From positions 1,472,001 to 1,536,000 of the forward strand of contig CP147779.1 of the NCBI GenBank assembly GCA_037308085.1: DNA of 64,000 nt, given 5' to 3'. Positions 9,727 through 21,500 of the stretch are shown here, one piece after another. The notes below the pieces were generated by a model. It saw only the letters and a program-made list of their open reading frames with translations. It did not search any database and was not told the origin of the DNA. Positions within the stretch are counted from its first letter, which is position 1. Each line of letters starts with the position of its first letter. The position numbers and the translations under genes were made by a program. The DNA comes from Promethearchaeati archaeon SRVP18_Atabeyarchaeia-1 (GTDB lineage Archaea; Asgardarchaeota; Atabeyarchaeia; Atabeyarchaeales; Atabeyarchaeaceae).

Positions 9727-10608
9727 CTAACTCTCTTGATCTAGAGGGTTCTGCCCCTTGCTTACCACCCTGCGGACGGACTGGACAATGACGTTCATCA
9801 CGGAATCCCTGTACACGGGGTCGATGGCTACACAGCCGAAAGTCTTGACTCCCAGTTGCCTTTCGATCTCCTCAGGCTTAAGCCTTCCAGGGAGGTCTTG
9901 CTTATTCGCTATACAGATGATCTGTGCCTTTGGTTCCACCCTGTGGCACAGGTCGAGAAGAGGTTTGCTGCCGACTACATTCTCAACCGTGGAATCCGTC
10001 ACGAAGAGAATCAGTGCAGCTCCCCTTAGGAATATGACCCAAGTCTTGTGGTACTCCTGCTGTCCAGCCAAGTCCCAGATAATCACTCTAGTTCCATCGA
10101 TCTGGAAGAGTTTCCGATCCACGTCTGCGCCTATGGTCGCATGGTAAGCCGCTGGAGATGCCAGCCCCTTGAGCAGGTTAAATAGAGTTGTCTTGCCCAC
10201 AGCGGCACGACCGGCCAAGGCGATCTTAAGTCTCGCGCCCTGTTTGGCCTTCATTCCTTCTTCGAGCGCACCAACCTGAGAGACTAAAACCTTTTCGGCA
10301 GCGGACGATAATGACGTATCGCTTCCAGATACACTCTTGACCGAGTATATGTCTGGCATCTGCTGGGCATCCTGCTCAGCTGTCTGTGTCTGCTCGATTA
10401 TAGGCGGGGCTATCGGTGGAGCAGTAAACGGAACGATCGATGGTGCGCTCGCTGCAACCCCCAATGCTTTTTCGATTTTCTCAACTTCGCCAGCAAAATC
10501 AGCCAAGGCACCTGAAATCTGCCATATGAAAACCCTGGTTGCCCTGATCAATTCTCTCAGTCCTTTATCGTTGGGAACTGAACTCAAGTCACACCCCTCG
10601 AACATCAT
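9727..10608 (-). CDS. Arf-like small GTPase with an N-terminal extension of about 125 aa
   Basis: G1 GRAAVGKTT, G2 YHATIG, G3 WDLAGQ, G4 NKQD; Pro/Ala/Gln-rich linker before the G domain; exact start uncertain. Confidence 0.88.
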   Translation of the reverse strand: MMFEGCDLSSVPNDKGLRELIRATRVFIWQISGALADFAGEVEKIEKALGVAASAPSIVPFTAPPIAPPIIEQTQTAEQDAQQMPDIYSVKSVSGSDTSLSSAAEKVLVSQVGALEEGMKAKQGARLKIALAGRAAVGKTTLFNLLKGLASPAAYHATIGADVDRKLFQIDGTRVIIWDLAGQQEYHKTWVIFLRGAALILFVTDSTVENVVGSKPLLDLCHRVEPKAQIICIANKQDLPGRLKPEEIERQLGVKTFGCVAIDPVYRDSVMNVIVQSVRRVVSKGQNPLDQES

Positions 10609-10876
10609 GAAGATGAAGAAGCGGTCGATACGCCAAATTCTCTCCAGAATTGGACTGGCCTTTTATTCTGCTCCGGTGTACAGAAAAGATGGAGACGAAT
10701 ATATGAACCTATACACTTGCAGTATCCCAGAACTGTGCACCATTGCGAAGTTTCTAAGATCAAGGAAGCTGCCAAGCAAGAAGTAACTAAAACATTAAAT
10801 ATCCACGCGTCATAGGTATAGGTATCAGAATCAGCTGATTTAGAACTCATACATATCACTCTGGAGTGTAGGGAGC

Positions 10877-11968
10877 TTGCCTCAGGGAATAGTCGTAGTA
10901 CGGTGGGATGAAGCTGAGGGCACAATCCTCGAAGCGAAGCATCCCCAGACAGTTGAAATCTCTTCGGATGAGATGATGAGGATTTTTACCAGCCACGCGA
11001 TGGGCGAAGGTAAGCCGGGTTTCCTCGCAATGAAGATCGGCACACTTAACATAGCGAGCTACTACACTGGGCTTGCGCTGAGAGGAATGCCTCAACACTA
11101 CATTGCGCTACTACTAGCTGATGAGGAAGATGCAACAGTCTTCGAGGGGCCCCTAACCGAGACATCAACTGAACTCATGCAGAAAGTGGGTTCCGACAAC
11201 TTCCCAACCTTTCTGGAGGAAGCTTATAGAAAGCTTATCGACTATCTAACTCTAACCGATGAACAGATGACTGCCTTGGTTATGAAGGACCGCCGCCGTA
11301 GCCTTCTGCTCCAGAAGCTCGCTGGTGGCCCGATGAGCAAGGTGGAGGCCAAGGAAATCCTCGAACAGGAGCTTCAGACAGAAATAGTCAATATTGACCT
11401 CCTGCTCGATCCACTCATCAAGATGGATCTGGTGAAGAAAGCGATCGTCGAAGGGATACCTAGCGAAGTACTCTTCCTACTCGAGGACATTTTCTCAGTC
11501 AGAATGCCACCGGATCTAACCGTCGTGAGAGCTCTGAGGAGCAGGATACCTGATAACCTTGCCACGAAGTACGAGCAGCAGGTGGCGAAGTTCTTTGAGA
11601 AGTATAAAGTGCTCGAAGAGGAACCCGAAGCAGTGTCGAATATTCTAACAAACCCAGTTCAATACAAGATAATCGAGGCCTTGAGAACCTCCGTCTATAC
11701 GGTGGCTGAACTGGCCCTGAACCTGAAGATGGAGCCGTCTACTGTCGAGAACGCCCTAAAGGCTCTACGCAAGGCAGATGTCGTGAGCGAGGTCTCCGAT
11801 AGAAGCGGAAACAGGTACATGGTGATCAAGGCTAACCCAACATTCCTTAAATTCTTCCCAGAATACATGGTTAATGTAACGAGGCAGAAGTGGGCGGCAG
11901 GAATGCTGGAGGACTCCATTGCCAGGAAGCACCTCGAACTTCTGAAAGAAACCTACACAACTCTATGA
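10877..11968 (+). CDS. Putative uDENN/longin-like protein with C-terminal winged-HTH
   Basis: N-terminus GIVVVRWDEAEGTILEAKHP resembles the F/W-D-x3-G-x-l-x4-P start of uDENN/NPR2-type longins; C-terminal TVAELALNLKMEPSTVENALKALRKADVV is wHTH-like. Confidence 0.6.
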   Translation: MPQGIVVVRWDEAEGTILEAKHPQTVEISSDEMMRIFTSHAMGEGKPGFLAMKIGTLNIASYYTGLALRGMPQHYIALLLADEEDATVFEGPLTETSTELMQKVGSDNFPTFLEEAYRKLIDYLTLTDEQMTALVMKDRRRSLLLQKLAGGPMSKVEAKEILEQELQTEIVNIDLLLDPLIKMDLVKKAIVEGIPSEVLFLLEDIFSVRMPPDLTVVRALRSRIPDNLATKYEQQVAKFFEKYKVLEEEPEAVSNILTNPVQYKIIEALRTSVYTVAELALNLKMEPSTVENALKALRKADVVSEVSDRSGNRYMVIKANPTFLKFFPEYMVNVTRQKWAAGMLEDSIARKHLELLKETYTTL

Positions 11969-12053
11969 CATTTATGTGAAGAATTGCACGATATTACTTC
12001 AGTCAAGAAAGGTTCATTTAACACGTATCTGGAAAAGGAGCTGAAGTTGCCCG

Positions 12054-15000
12054 ATGGGGGATGTAGCCAGGTCCACAACCAAGAGAATGCTGATTGCTGT
12101 CTTCCTTTTCTCAATACTCGCTGTATCATCCGCTAATCAGTACTACTCACCAGGCTCAACCATGCAGCTTCAAGGTGGCGGATCAGGGCAACTAGGTGGA
12201 GTGGGCCCCCTTTTTGCGTCGGACCCTCAAGCCTCAGCCAGACCGGTGAATGACAGTGCCATCGGCTTCGACTCAGGTGGCGGCTCAGGCAGAACGATAA
12301 ATCTACCGAACCTAGGGACAAGTGGTCTCCCAGTAACCCTGGACTACGGATGGTCTTCAGGCAAGATAACCGCCACGGTTCTCGGCCTCTGGGATCAGAG
12401 AAACTGGATCAGGAACGGAACCTTCGACACGGGAAGAAACACGCCATACCCGCCCATCTCCCCGCCGTGGACCTACCGTAAATGGTACGACACTCATCAA
12501 TCAGGTCACCCCAATGCCAGCATTGACACGGGTAGCTGGGTAAGCTCAGGTAATAGCAGATACATCACTGCAACCATGCCTTGGCAGGGTCTTTATCAGC
12601 TTGGTGGAGGAACTCGTGATTACTATACAGGGGAATACTCAGCTTGGAATGAGACCTTCACCTTACCAAGAGGAACTGTGTTGGCGGCGAATCTGTCCCT
12701 GAACTACAATCCAAGGTTCACTGATATATTCGCGCTTGACGAGTTCCAGATATTTGTTCAAGTGAATAGCCACTTTGTCTACGAGAAGGGCTTTGCTCAG
12801 ATAAAATTCGACGGGGAAAACAACAAATGGAATCTTCGAACGAATATCAATGTCCTGACAGATGTGAACGGCTCGTCGGTTTTCAACACACCTGCACAGC
12901 AGACAATTTCGATCTCAATAGGTGTTATTTATGTTTCACACACTGACCACTGGACGAACTTCGGATCAAGCGATAATGGTTGCTGGTTCGACAACGTGAC
13001 ATTGGCCTTGAAAGCCTTGGTGAGACCGGATCAGGTTCAACTCAAGCTCAGGCAACCTAGCAGCGGAGCTTCAACCAACATTATTGCCTCAAACTATGGT
13101 TCCGGCAACGGCACTCTGACTGGGTTTACAATCGGCCCAGCACCTTCAATAACCACATACGACTTTGGCTTCACTTCAAACGTGACTTCGCCTACAACCG
13201 GCTCTTTCAGCGCAAACGCCACAGTCTATGTCACTCGGCAGAGGACTGCCACGACAACCTTTGTAAGCCAAGGGAATGTCGTCAACTGGAGCATATCACT
13301 GGTAACGGCATTTCAGCAAAGCGGGCAGTTTGTCGGGACAACCAAGTACTCTAGTTACTACTTCAACGTTACAACTCAGAAGGATTGGAACCTCACAACC
13401 TGCTTGGACCCCAGCGGAGGCAGCCATACAATCAAGTCGGATCCGAACTTCAGCAACAGAACGGTCGGCTCGATCAGAATCCTAAAAGTCAACGTGGCGG
13501 GCATAGGTTCATACTCAACGCTACCGAATCTCTACCCATATATCATTCACGCCATATCGAGCAACTACATCAAAAGCCTAACCACACAGCTGCAGAGTGG
13601 TTCGACTTGGGTGAACTCTTCGAATTTCTACCCCACGCAGACAATGAAGTTTGTTGCGTACATCAGAGGGTCATCGCCAATATCGACCGGCATTGCCAAC
13701 CTAACCATCCGAGGACCGCCAACGTACAACGCTTCGCCTGCCGTAATAGACACCATCACTGGTGTTGTCCCTGTCAGCGGGTTTGCCAATTTCACGAAGC
13801 TGTTGCCGACCAGCTATGCTGCCGGCAATTACTCAGCACAAGTTGACTGGGTTGATAGCTCACTTGGCGAGGCAGGTTCACTCACATCCAAGTTCAATGT
13901 GACTCACGTGTTCACCCTGAGCGTCGCATTTCCTGCATCAGGAGATGTTATCTCCAAAGGGACAGTACTTTTCAATCCTCCCACAAGCGTGAGCGTGCGA
14001 GACTTCTACACAGGCCAGTTTGTAACCGCAAGCGTCAAGGGCAGAGCTTCATGGGAAAGCGCAGGAAGATGGGACACGTTCACAACGTTCTCCACGGTAA
14101 ACGCAACTTACACGAACGTAACCTACGTGCCTTCCTCCCTGACTGTCGGAAATAGGTATTGGCTTGCAGCTAACGCCACCAAGCCCTTCTATGACAAGGC
14201 GACCGCGAACAGCACGTTCTGGATAGGTTCGGCAGCTACGGTCGGCACTCAGACCGCCATCAACGTCTACTACACTGAGACCAACACGTTCTTCGTGAAG
14301 CTAGACCAGATACCGTACAAGGAACAGGGTGGTGGTGACATCACAAACGCAACGATATCGCTCAGTGCGTCGATCTCTTCGAACGATACGCTCGTGAAGT
14401 GGAGCACTAGGTTCAGTGCAGACTACAGCCATCAGGGCACGGGCACCTACTCTGGCTGGATATACATAGGGACACTATCACCTTCTGTAAGGGCGATCCC
14501 TCCTGGGACCTATACGGTCTGGTTCAAGTTGTCTCAGGGTCAATACTACGAAACAAAGTTCTTCAGTCTCCAGCTAACAATATTCCCCGCCATATCTTAC
14601 TTAGATCATCTGAGTGGAAGCGATCAATACGTCTTCTGGGGGCAGACTGCGGTCATCAAACTCAACTTCACAACCTACTGGTCATACGGCTCGTACTCGC
14701 TATCCAAAACACCCATAGTAAATGATTCCTCTCCCTATGTGAGAGTCATATGTGGATGGGCTGGAGGTTGGACGGCCACTCATTCCGTACTAGACCCCGA
14801 TGGTATGTATACTCTCTCCGTTGACACGACATCTTTTGCGACTCCAACGGATGATGGCAGCGGGGCTGGAACGACTTCCTTCAATGTGAGGTTCAACAAG
14901 ACGTACTACGTTCTATCCAACTCGGTGCCAATAACCTTACACATCATGAGGCTTACAACTTCAATGACCGGTGCAGTTCGGAATGGAGTAGTCTACAGCT

Positions 15001-16460
15001 CAACGAACACGACGAGCGTGTATTCGGGCGACTCGAAGTCTATCTATGCCTGGTACAATGATACTCACACAGGTCTCCCAGTGGGTATTGGAGGTTCATC
15101 CATCACTTACACTTCATCAGGTGGCAACATACTTGGGTCAGGAACTCTAAACGCCGTAGCTGGCACGCCGGGCTTATACAACCTTACTCTATCTGGGGCG
15201 AGCACGAACCAGATTCCTGGAACCTACCAGATATTTCTGACAGGATCTAACACTCCACACTACGTGACGCGCAGCATAACCTTAACTCTAAATGTTCTTC
15301 CCATACCATCAACATTGCAGACCTATCACCCGCCCACCACTATCTACTACCTAGATCGGGTTGTATTTCTCATCTGGTACAATGACACGCACAATGGTTT
15401 GCCCATAAGCGGCGCCACCATATCCGTAACGGCTCCTGGAGTAACCATCGTCGCTCCATCCGAAGTGCTTGGAACGCCAGGACTATACAACCTCACGATT
15501 CCAGCAGGGCAGACCGTTGGCGACTATAACATCAACGTTGGAACGAACAAGACCAAGTACGCTGACGGCGCAACACTCATACATCTTCACATTACGAGTT
15601 TGCCGACTGTGCTCTCAACATACTCGGTCGTGTCCGGTGGTCAGCCAGTTATCGGGTCAAGTGTAACGGTCCCGCTGGGAGGATCATTCACGATTTACAT
15701 GTGGTTCAATGACACTCACCACGTTGTCCCCATACCTGGTATGCAGAACTTCATCACGTACAATTCCACCGAGTTCGGTCAGTCGTGGGTTACACCAACT
15801 GGCACCCCTGGCCTATACAGAGTGCCAATAGCCACCACTCCGGACGCCGGCATCTTCACAATCACACTCACGGCAAACGCAGCCGGATACGATCCTCAAG
15901 TACTCGTCTTCACGGTGACGGTGCAGGCTCCTGCACCAGGCTTCAGCCTAATCACCCTAATGCTCGTGGGCGTGGGCGGAGGCGGCGCAGTCTTGGTCGG
16001 CGCTTTGGCTTTGTTGTTCATGAGGCGGGCACGTATCCCGTTCATTGTCAAGAAGATTGATGAGTCGATGAAGCTCATCGCCAAGGGCGACCATGAGGGT
16101 GCGACTCCCGTTGCGCTGAGGTCCAGGGAGGAGCTCATCGTAGGCATAACCCAGGAAAGGGTAGATGCCTTCACAGCCAAGAAACCGGCAAAGGGAGAGG
16201 CTACCGAGTCACTCGCTGGGGAACCCCCTGTCGAGCCTCCTACGACTGGTGCATCCGCGGCGCTGAAGACCGAGCTTGAAGCGGTTGAAACCAAGGAGAA
16301 GCCCGGCGAAGCGATAGAAGAGGTTGAGATGGATACCCTGGACCAGGAGCTGCAGAAGCTCGAGAAGTTCGAGGACAAGGAGAAGCTCCCGGACGGCGCC
16401 AAGGAAGTCCGCGACGTCATAGAGAAGTACAAGGACGGAAAGAAGAAGAAGCCCGAGTAG
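12054..16460 (+). CDS. Large single-pass cell-surface glycoprotein (1468 aa) with Ig-like repeats and a charged cytoplasmic tail
   Basis: N-terminal signal/TM; Ser/Thr/Asn-rich with many NxS/T sites; three repeats of about 100 aa (WYNDTH...GTPGLY); TM LITLMLVGVGGGGAVLVGALALLF-MRRAR; Glu/Lys-rich tail. Confidence 0.8.
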   Translation: MGDVARSTTKRMLIAVFLFSILAVSSANQYYSPGSTMQLQGGGSGQLGGVGPLFASDPQASARPVNDSAIGFDSGGGSGRTINLPNLGTSGLPVTLDYGWSSGKITATVLGLWDQRNWIRNGTFDTGRNTPYPPISPPWTYRKWYDTHQSGHPNASIDTGSWVSSGNSRYITATMPWQGLYQLGGGTRDYYTGEYSAWNETFTLPRGTVLAANLSLNYNPRFTDIFALDEFQIFVQVNSHFVYEKGFAQIKFDGENNKWNLRTNINVLTDVNGSSVFNTPAQQTISISIGVIYVSHTDHWTNFGSSDNGCWFDNVTLALKALVRPDQVQLKLRQPSSGASTNIIASNYGSGNGTLTGFTIGPAPSITTYDFGFTSNVTSPTTGSFSANATVYVTRQRTATTTFVSQGNVVNWSISLVTAFQQSGQFVGTTKYSSYYFNVTTQKDWNLTTCLDPSGGSHTIKSDPNFSNRTVGSIRILKVNVAGIGSYSTLPNLYPYIIHAISSNYIKSLTTQLQSGSTWVNSSNFYPTQTMKFVAYIRGSSPISTGIANLTIRGPPTYNASPAVIDTITGVVPVSGFANFTKLLPTSYAAGNYSAQVDWVDSSLGEAGSLTSKFNVTHVFTLSVAFPASGDVISKGTVLFNPPTSVSVRDFYTGQFVTASVKGRASWESAGRWDTFTTFSTVNATYTNVTYVPSSLTVGNRYWLAANATKPFYDKATANSTFWIGSAATVGTQTAINVYYTETNTFFVKLDQIPYKEQGGGDITNATISLSASISSNDTLVKWSTRFSADYSHQGTGTYSGWIYIGTLSPSVRAIPPGTYTVWFKLSQGQYYETKFFSLQLTIFPAISYLDHLSGSDQYVFWGQTAVIKLNFTTYWSYGSYSLSKTPIVNDSSPYVRVICGWAGGWTATHSVLDPDGMYTLSVDTTSFATPTDDGSGAGTTSFNVRFNKTYYVLSNSVPITLHIMRLTTSMTGAVRNGVVYSSTNTTSVYSGDSKSIYAWYNDTHTGLPVGIGGSSITYTSSGGNILGSGTLNAVAGTPGLYNLTLSGASTNQIPGTYQIFLTGSNTPHYVTRSITLTLNVLPIPSTLQTYHPPTTIYYLDRVVFLIWYNDTHNGLPISGATISVTAPGVTIVAPSEVLGTPGLYNLTIPAGQTVGDYNINVGTNKTKYADGATLIHLHITSLPTVLSTYSVVSGGQPVIGSSVTVPLGGSFTIYMWFNDTHHVVPIPGMQNFITYNSTEFGQSWVTPTGTPGLYRVPIATTPDAGIFTITLTANAAGYDPQVLVFTVTVQAPAPGFSLITLMLVGVGGGGAVLVGALALLFMRRARIPFIVKKIDESMKLIAKGDHEGATPVALRSREELIVGITQERVDAFTAKKPAKGEATESLAGEPPVEPPTTGASAALKTELEAVETKEKPGEAIEEVEMDTLDQELQKLEKFEDKEKLPDGAKEVRDVIEKYKDGKKKKPE

Positions 16461-16480
16461 AAGTCAGTTTTAAGGCATCT

Positions 16481-18304
16481 CTAGGCACGCATCTTGCCTA
16501 TTCTTTCTTGTTTTCGCGGTTCTTCTGCATTCTTCTTTGCCCCTTGCACCATCGGGTTAGGTTTCCCCGATTTATCCCACCCTCTTAGTTCATAGTACCT
16601 ATTCACCATTTCTGTGAATCTCGTTCTGTTTACGGTATTGCCACTACTTCCTCCCTGTGGGAGCGGTTGTTCGAAGAATCTCTGTGGCAGGTCATCATCC
16701 TTGGCTGTTATGCCTTCTCTGACGTTGAACAATCTTGTCAGAGTAGCGATCCTGTTGGCGGTTTCTCTTAGCTTGGCTTCGTTTAGATCTGCTCCTGTCA
16801 GTGCTTTCAAGATGTGGGGTAGCCTCTCCCAAGTAGCTATGTCCCGTATGAATCTGCAGATGATGAGGCTGTCGAATATTATGTATCGGTCTTCGAGGTC
16901 GACTACATACTGGGGTTTCTGGTCATACGCGAATCTGTCTATCATACCCCGCAGCTCTTGCACCTGCACTGTCGAACGAAGGTGGCATGCGCCCCTGCAC
17001 GAAACTGCGTAGGCCAAGCCCATGCCAATTACCCCTCGGGGGTCATACCCGGCTGGCTCAAGACCCTTAACTGTCACGTCGAGCCCGGGCAGCCGAAGTC
17101 TCTGAGATGCCCTCCTCACTCCTTCGGCAAGGATGTCTCCGGCACCCTCCCTCTCTGTGATCATCTTGAGGAGTCTCATGGTCTTCTCTAGGTCGCCGTA
17201 GTCCATGCTTATTCCGGTCTTCAGCTTGCCTCGCTTCTCAGCTTCAACTGCAAAGGCAGCCACGTTGCCCGCGGTAATAGAGTCGATTCCCGCTCTATCA
17301 CAGTAGTCGTTAATCACCATGATTGACTCGATGTCGCCGATGTCGCATAGACCGCCGAAGGCATAGACAGTCTCATACTCCGGTCCCTCGACCCTCAACC
17401 CCTTGTATTTTCCCGTTCGAACTTCACATAGCTTTCCGCAGGCGATAGGGCAGTTCCAGCAAGCCCTGGAGCTGAGCAGGACTCTCTCCCTCATGGCAGC
17501 GCCGTTGAACTTCTCCCTGTGAGCCGATACTCCCTCACTCCAGTATCTTACAGGGAACACGCCCGCCTCATTCACGACGTCAACCATTGCCAGCGTGCCA
17601 TAATTCCTATAATTGCTTGTCGCGCTGCTCTCCTTGATTGCCGTGAGGCTCTCTCCCACGACCTCATCCAATAGTGCCTGATCATGAATCGCAGGGTCCT
17701 TGTCGCCTTGGAAGGCGATTGCCTTCAGCTTCTTGGAGCCCATGACGGCGCCACAGCCGCCTCTCCCAGCGCTCCTCCAATAATCATTTTCTATAAGCGC
17801 AAAGCGTACCAGATTCTCACCAGCAGGGCCGATGCACACGACGCCAAGGTTTCTATTACCCAGTTCCCTTCTAACGGCGTCATCCGTGGCAAAGGTATCC
17901 AGCCCCCAAAGTTCACGGGCATCCCTGAACTCCACTCCCTTCTCATTGATGACCAAGTAGGTTCGTCTGCGCGCCTTGCCTTCAATGATAAAAACCTCAC
18001 TGCCTGTAGCCCTCATTCTGTTAGCAACGTGGCCTCCAGAGTAGCTTTCACCATATATCCCTGTCAGAGGCGACTTGAAGAATACGCCGTATCGGTTCGC
18101 CGTGGGATAACTCGTTCCAGTCGCAGGACCCACTGCAAATATCAGTTTGTTTTTCGGCGAGAGAGGTTCTACCATTTCGCTGACTTCATTGTACAGGAAC
18201 CATGTCCCCAACCCTTTGCCACCAATGAGATCTGCGACGAGTTTTCCATCCATTTCTTCCTTGGAGAACTTCATTCTGGCAAGGTTGATCCTCAGGAGCT
18301 TCAT
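16481..18304 (-). CDS. aor: Tungsten-containing aldehyde:ferredoxin oxidoreductase family protein
   Basis: IGGKGLG, KSPLTG, GPAGENLV, AGRGGCGAVMGSKKLKAI, CWNCPIAC, GPEYET, RGACH, YYELRGWD. Confidence 0.92.
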   Translation of the reverse strand: MKLLRINLARMKFSKEEMDGKLVADLIGGKGLGTWFLYNEVSEMVEPLSPKNKLIFAVGPATGTSYPTANRYGVFFKSPLTGIYGESYSGGHVANRMRATGSEVFIIEGKARRRTYLVINEKGVEFRDARELWGLDTFATDDAVRRELGNRNLGVVCIGPAGENLVRFALIENDYWRSAGRGGCGAVMGSKKLKAIAFQGDKDPAIHDQALLDEVVGESLTAIKESSATSNYRNYGTLAMVDVVNEAGVFPVRYWSEGVSAHREKFNGAAMRERVLLSSRACWNCPIACGKLCEVRTGKYKGLRVEGPEYETVYAFGGLCDIGDIESIMVINDYCDRAGIDSITAGNVAAFAVEAEKRGKLKTGISMDYGDLEKTMRLLKMITEREGAGDILAEGVRRASQRLRLPGLDVTVKGLEPAGYDPRGVIGMGLAYAVSCRGACHLRSTVQVQELRGMIDRFAYDQKPQYVVDLEDRYIIFDSLIICRFIRDIATWERLPHILKALTGADLNEAKLRETANRIATLTRLFNVREGITAKDDDLPQRFFEQPLPQGGSSGNTVNRTRFTEMVNRYYELRGWDKSGKPNPMVQGAKKNAEEPRKQERIGKMRA

Positions 18305-18536
18305 AAGACGTGGTCCCCTTTTCTTCCAGTCTACTTTCCCGTCAATCCGTACGCTTACCGTTATCAGCCGGACGTCCTTTAAGGTTATGTGGCTCCCTAC
18401 CGATGAAGTGGAGCTTCAATAAGATATTTATGCACGAAAAGGATTAGTAGATGAAGCCTAGCGGGGGTAGTGCTGCTCTGCCAGAGAGGGCAGATGCCGA
18501 ACTAGAGGTCACAAGGGTCTAGACAGGGGCTTAGAA

Positions 18537-21500
18537 TTGGGAAAAAGGGTTTGCAGGGCATCGCTAGTGGCGATTTTCGTGGTCCTCCTAATGGGGATCA
18601 TTGTCACTGAGGTGCCAAATATCGGGAACGTCACCGACGTAGGCAAGCCCGCCTCGGAGAACCCGCTTTTCAGTCCAGCATTTAATGGAGTCAAGTTCTC
18701 TAGCTCGGGTCCTCCTCGTGGTGTTACAGAGTATCTGTCTGGCAATAAGGATATGACTCAGCAGAGTATCATTTCAGGAGGCACCGATACCCTCGGTATT
18801 GACATACCCAATGGATGGAGCCCGATAGATCTCTCTGCCAAGATCTATCAATTATCGGCAAATCAGAGCTTCCTACGTAACTCAGAGTTCGCAAATGGGT
18901 ATCGTCAGGATGCTACCCACGTGCTTCCGTCCTATTGGACCAACAAGAGTTCAGACGCTCCGGGCATTGCATATAACTTGGCAGAATGGGACAATGGCAC
19001 AGAGCAAGCTGTGTACACAGCTTCAGTCACGGGTCACAATCATCAGACTACAGAATTCGCTGGCTGGACGCAGCTAGTCTACATAAATGGGACCAGCCCC
19101 ACTAATACAATACTTGAATTCAAGATAAAGAGAGTCGGAGACATAGGGAATCCTGATAACCGTCACTTAATTGCCTATGCATATGTCAACGGGATACAGT
19201 TCATGAATTTGGAGTACCGGTACATCAATGCTTCTTATGACAGAGTAGTGATAAACGTGTCCAGTGCTGTTCCGTCGCTTCCAGCATTGGTGGACGTGAC
19301 CCTAATGATGGGCTATTCCGGTCATATGAACCCCAGCCCGAGCGCCTACATATACTTTGACAGCGTCTACTTGCACACGAACTGCTCAGTTGTTCCTAAA
19401 GCCGTAGACTTGAAGCTGAATGGAGCGTCTATTTCGGGTCGGCGATACGGACAAGGGGCGGCGTCCCTCCACGGCGTGCTGGCTACGCCTTTCACTTTCA
19501 CATCCAATACTACTGGCTCTGTTCGCTTCAAATGCAACTCAACCATAGTCATTTTCGAAGCCAAGTTGAGCGACCTAGTTACACTTATCGCCATACAGGG
19601 ATCAAATGTGAGCAACAATGCTAGCAAAACATCATTCTTTGATGCTAGTTCTTGGACTTTAGGTTCCACCCTGTATACCCGAGACGTGCTGAATGTGTCG
19701 ATCCCACATGACTGGATCTATTCTGGCGTCATTTTCCCCAACGGCACCAAGGTGGCGGGAGAAAGCCTTGGTCGCATAAAGAAGTATGACAATGTCTCGT
19801 CTTGGATAATAAGTCTGAACGTAACCTCGATAGGATCCTATGGGCCCAGCCCCTACGTAGTTCAGGCAACCTCGCCAAACTATCTGGGTGCTGTATCCAC
19901 TTTCAGGAAGATCACTGGAGACTGGACACCCGCGAGCTTCTTCGTAAATGGTAGCAGAATAATGATAAACGCAACAGTTCAAGGAGGCAGCTCCTCCCAT
20001 GGCAGCGCTTATGCAGTCTTCTACAACGCTTCCGACTACAGTGTGTGGAAGAACATGAGTTCATACGCAGTGAACCCAGGTGGCACTGGAATCTTATCTT
20101 TCAATTTTGCCTGGTCAAACGCCAACGTCACGGCGTCCAACCTGATATCCCTAGTTCTTTGGAGTAATAGCAGCGAGGTGGGTGTGAATTGGATTCCCAT
20201 AACCTTTGACCTGACCCCGCCTCAGGTGAGGATCGCACTCCCCTACTCCAGCCTATGCGCGGGTGGAACAGCCGACGTAACTGTTTCAAATCTGGATGCC
20301 CATCCGAGGAATATCACCCTCTTCATCGACGGATCTCAGGTTGGAACATGGACTTCTCCCAGCGCCACTTATACGTGGAACACAAGGCTGCTCCCTGATG
20401 GCCTGGTTCAGTTGAAGGTTACGGGATGGGACTGGGTTGATCACGTGAATACTACCACATTTCAGGTAATCGTGGATAACACTCCCCCGACATTGACGAC
20501 CAATTTCCCCGCAAATTACTCTTATGTCCACAGGACGGTTACGTTAACTGCATCGTTCACAGATGCAAACCCCAAGAATGTCACTATCCTCTTGGCGGGT
20601 GTGCCCTCTTTCAGTTCGTCTGGACCTGCTACTTTCTACTGGAACACTAGCCTTCACACGGATGGGCCTGTCGAGCTGACTGCAATATCCTGGGATCAGG
20701 CTGGGAATTTCAACAGGATCAAGTCGCTTGTTACCATCGATAATACTCTGCCGACCCTGCGCGTAAACTTCCTGAATGCTAGTCTATACACCCGCGGGAA
20801 TATCACAATAAGCATCTCATGTACGGATATTAATTTCAAGAACGTGACACTGTCCCTGGGCGGGACCCCTGTTGGCGCTTGGACCTCCGCCAAGCCCAAC
20901 TACAAGTGGAACACTACTACTTGGTTAGACGGCGGATACCCTCTGACTGTGAACGGGTGGGACTTGGCTGGGAACAATAATATGACATCAATGATCGTAT
21001 ATGTCGACAATACTCCTCCAACAGCTCCTACGCTCATCTACCCGAATAACGGGGAGGAATTCAACGTTACAACCCTCACCTCGCCGCTGCAATGGCAAGC
21101 CGCCTCGGATTTTGGTTCCGGCGTGGATCACTATATTCTGCAACTGGATACGTCGCCACTGTTCAGCTCTGCCAACCTCAGAACAATCTCTGTGCCCGGC
21201 GTGAACTACTCGATTCCAGTTGCTAGTCCTCTTTATGATGGAAATTGGTCCTGGCGTGTAAGCGCTGTTGACCGAGTCGGCAATCCCGGAGGATACTCAT
21301 CCCCAAGATCATTTCAAGTGGTCGTCAGGTTGGCTCCCCCGCCTGGAGGTCTACCCATAACTGTCATACTTGGTCTTGGGGTAATTCCTGTAGTAGCGGT
21401 ACTGTCATCAATCATATTTCTGAGAAGAAGAAAGGCTGAACCCGAGGAATACGACAGAAAGAATCTCCGTGTCGCATACGTATTTGCTGGCGACGGGCGC

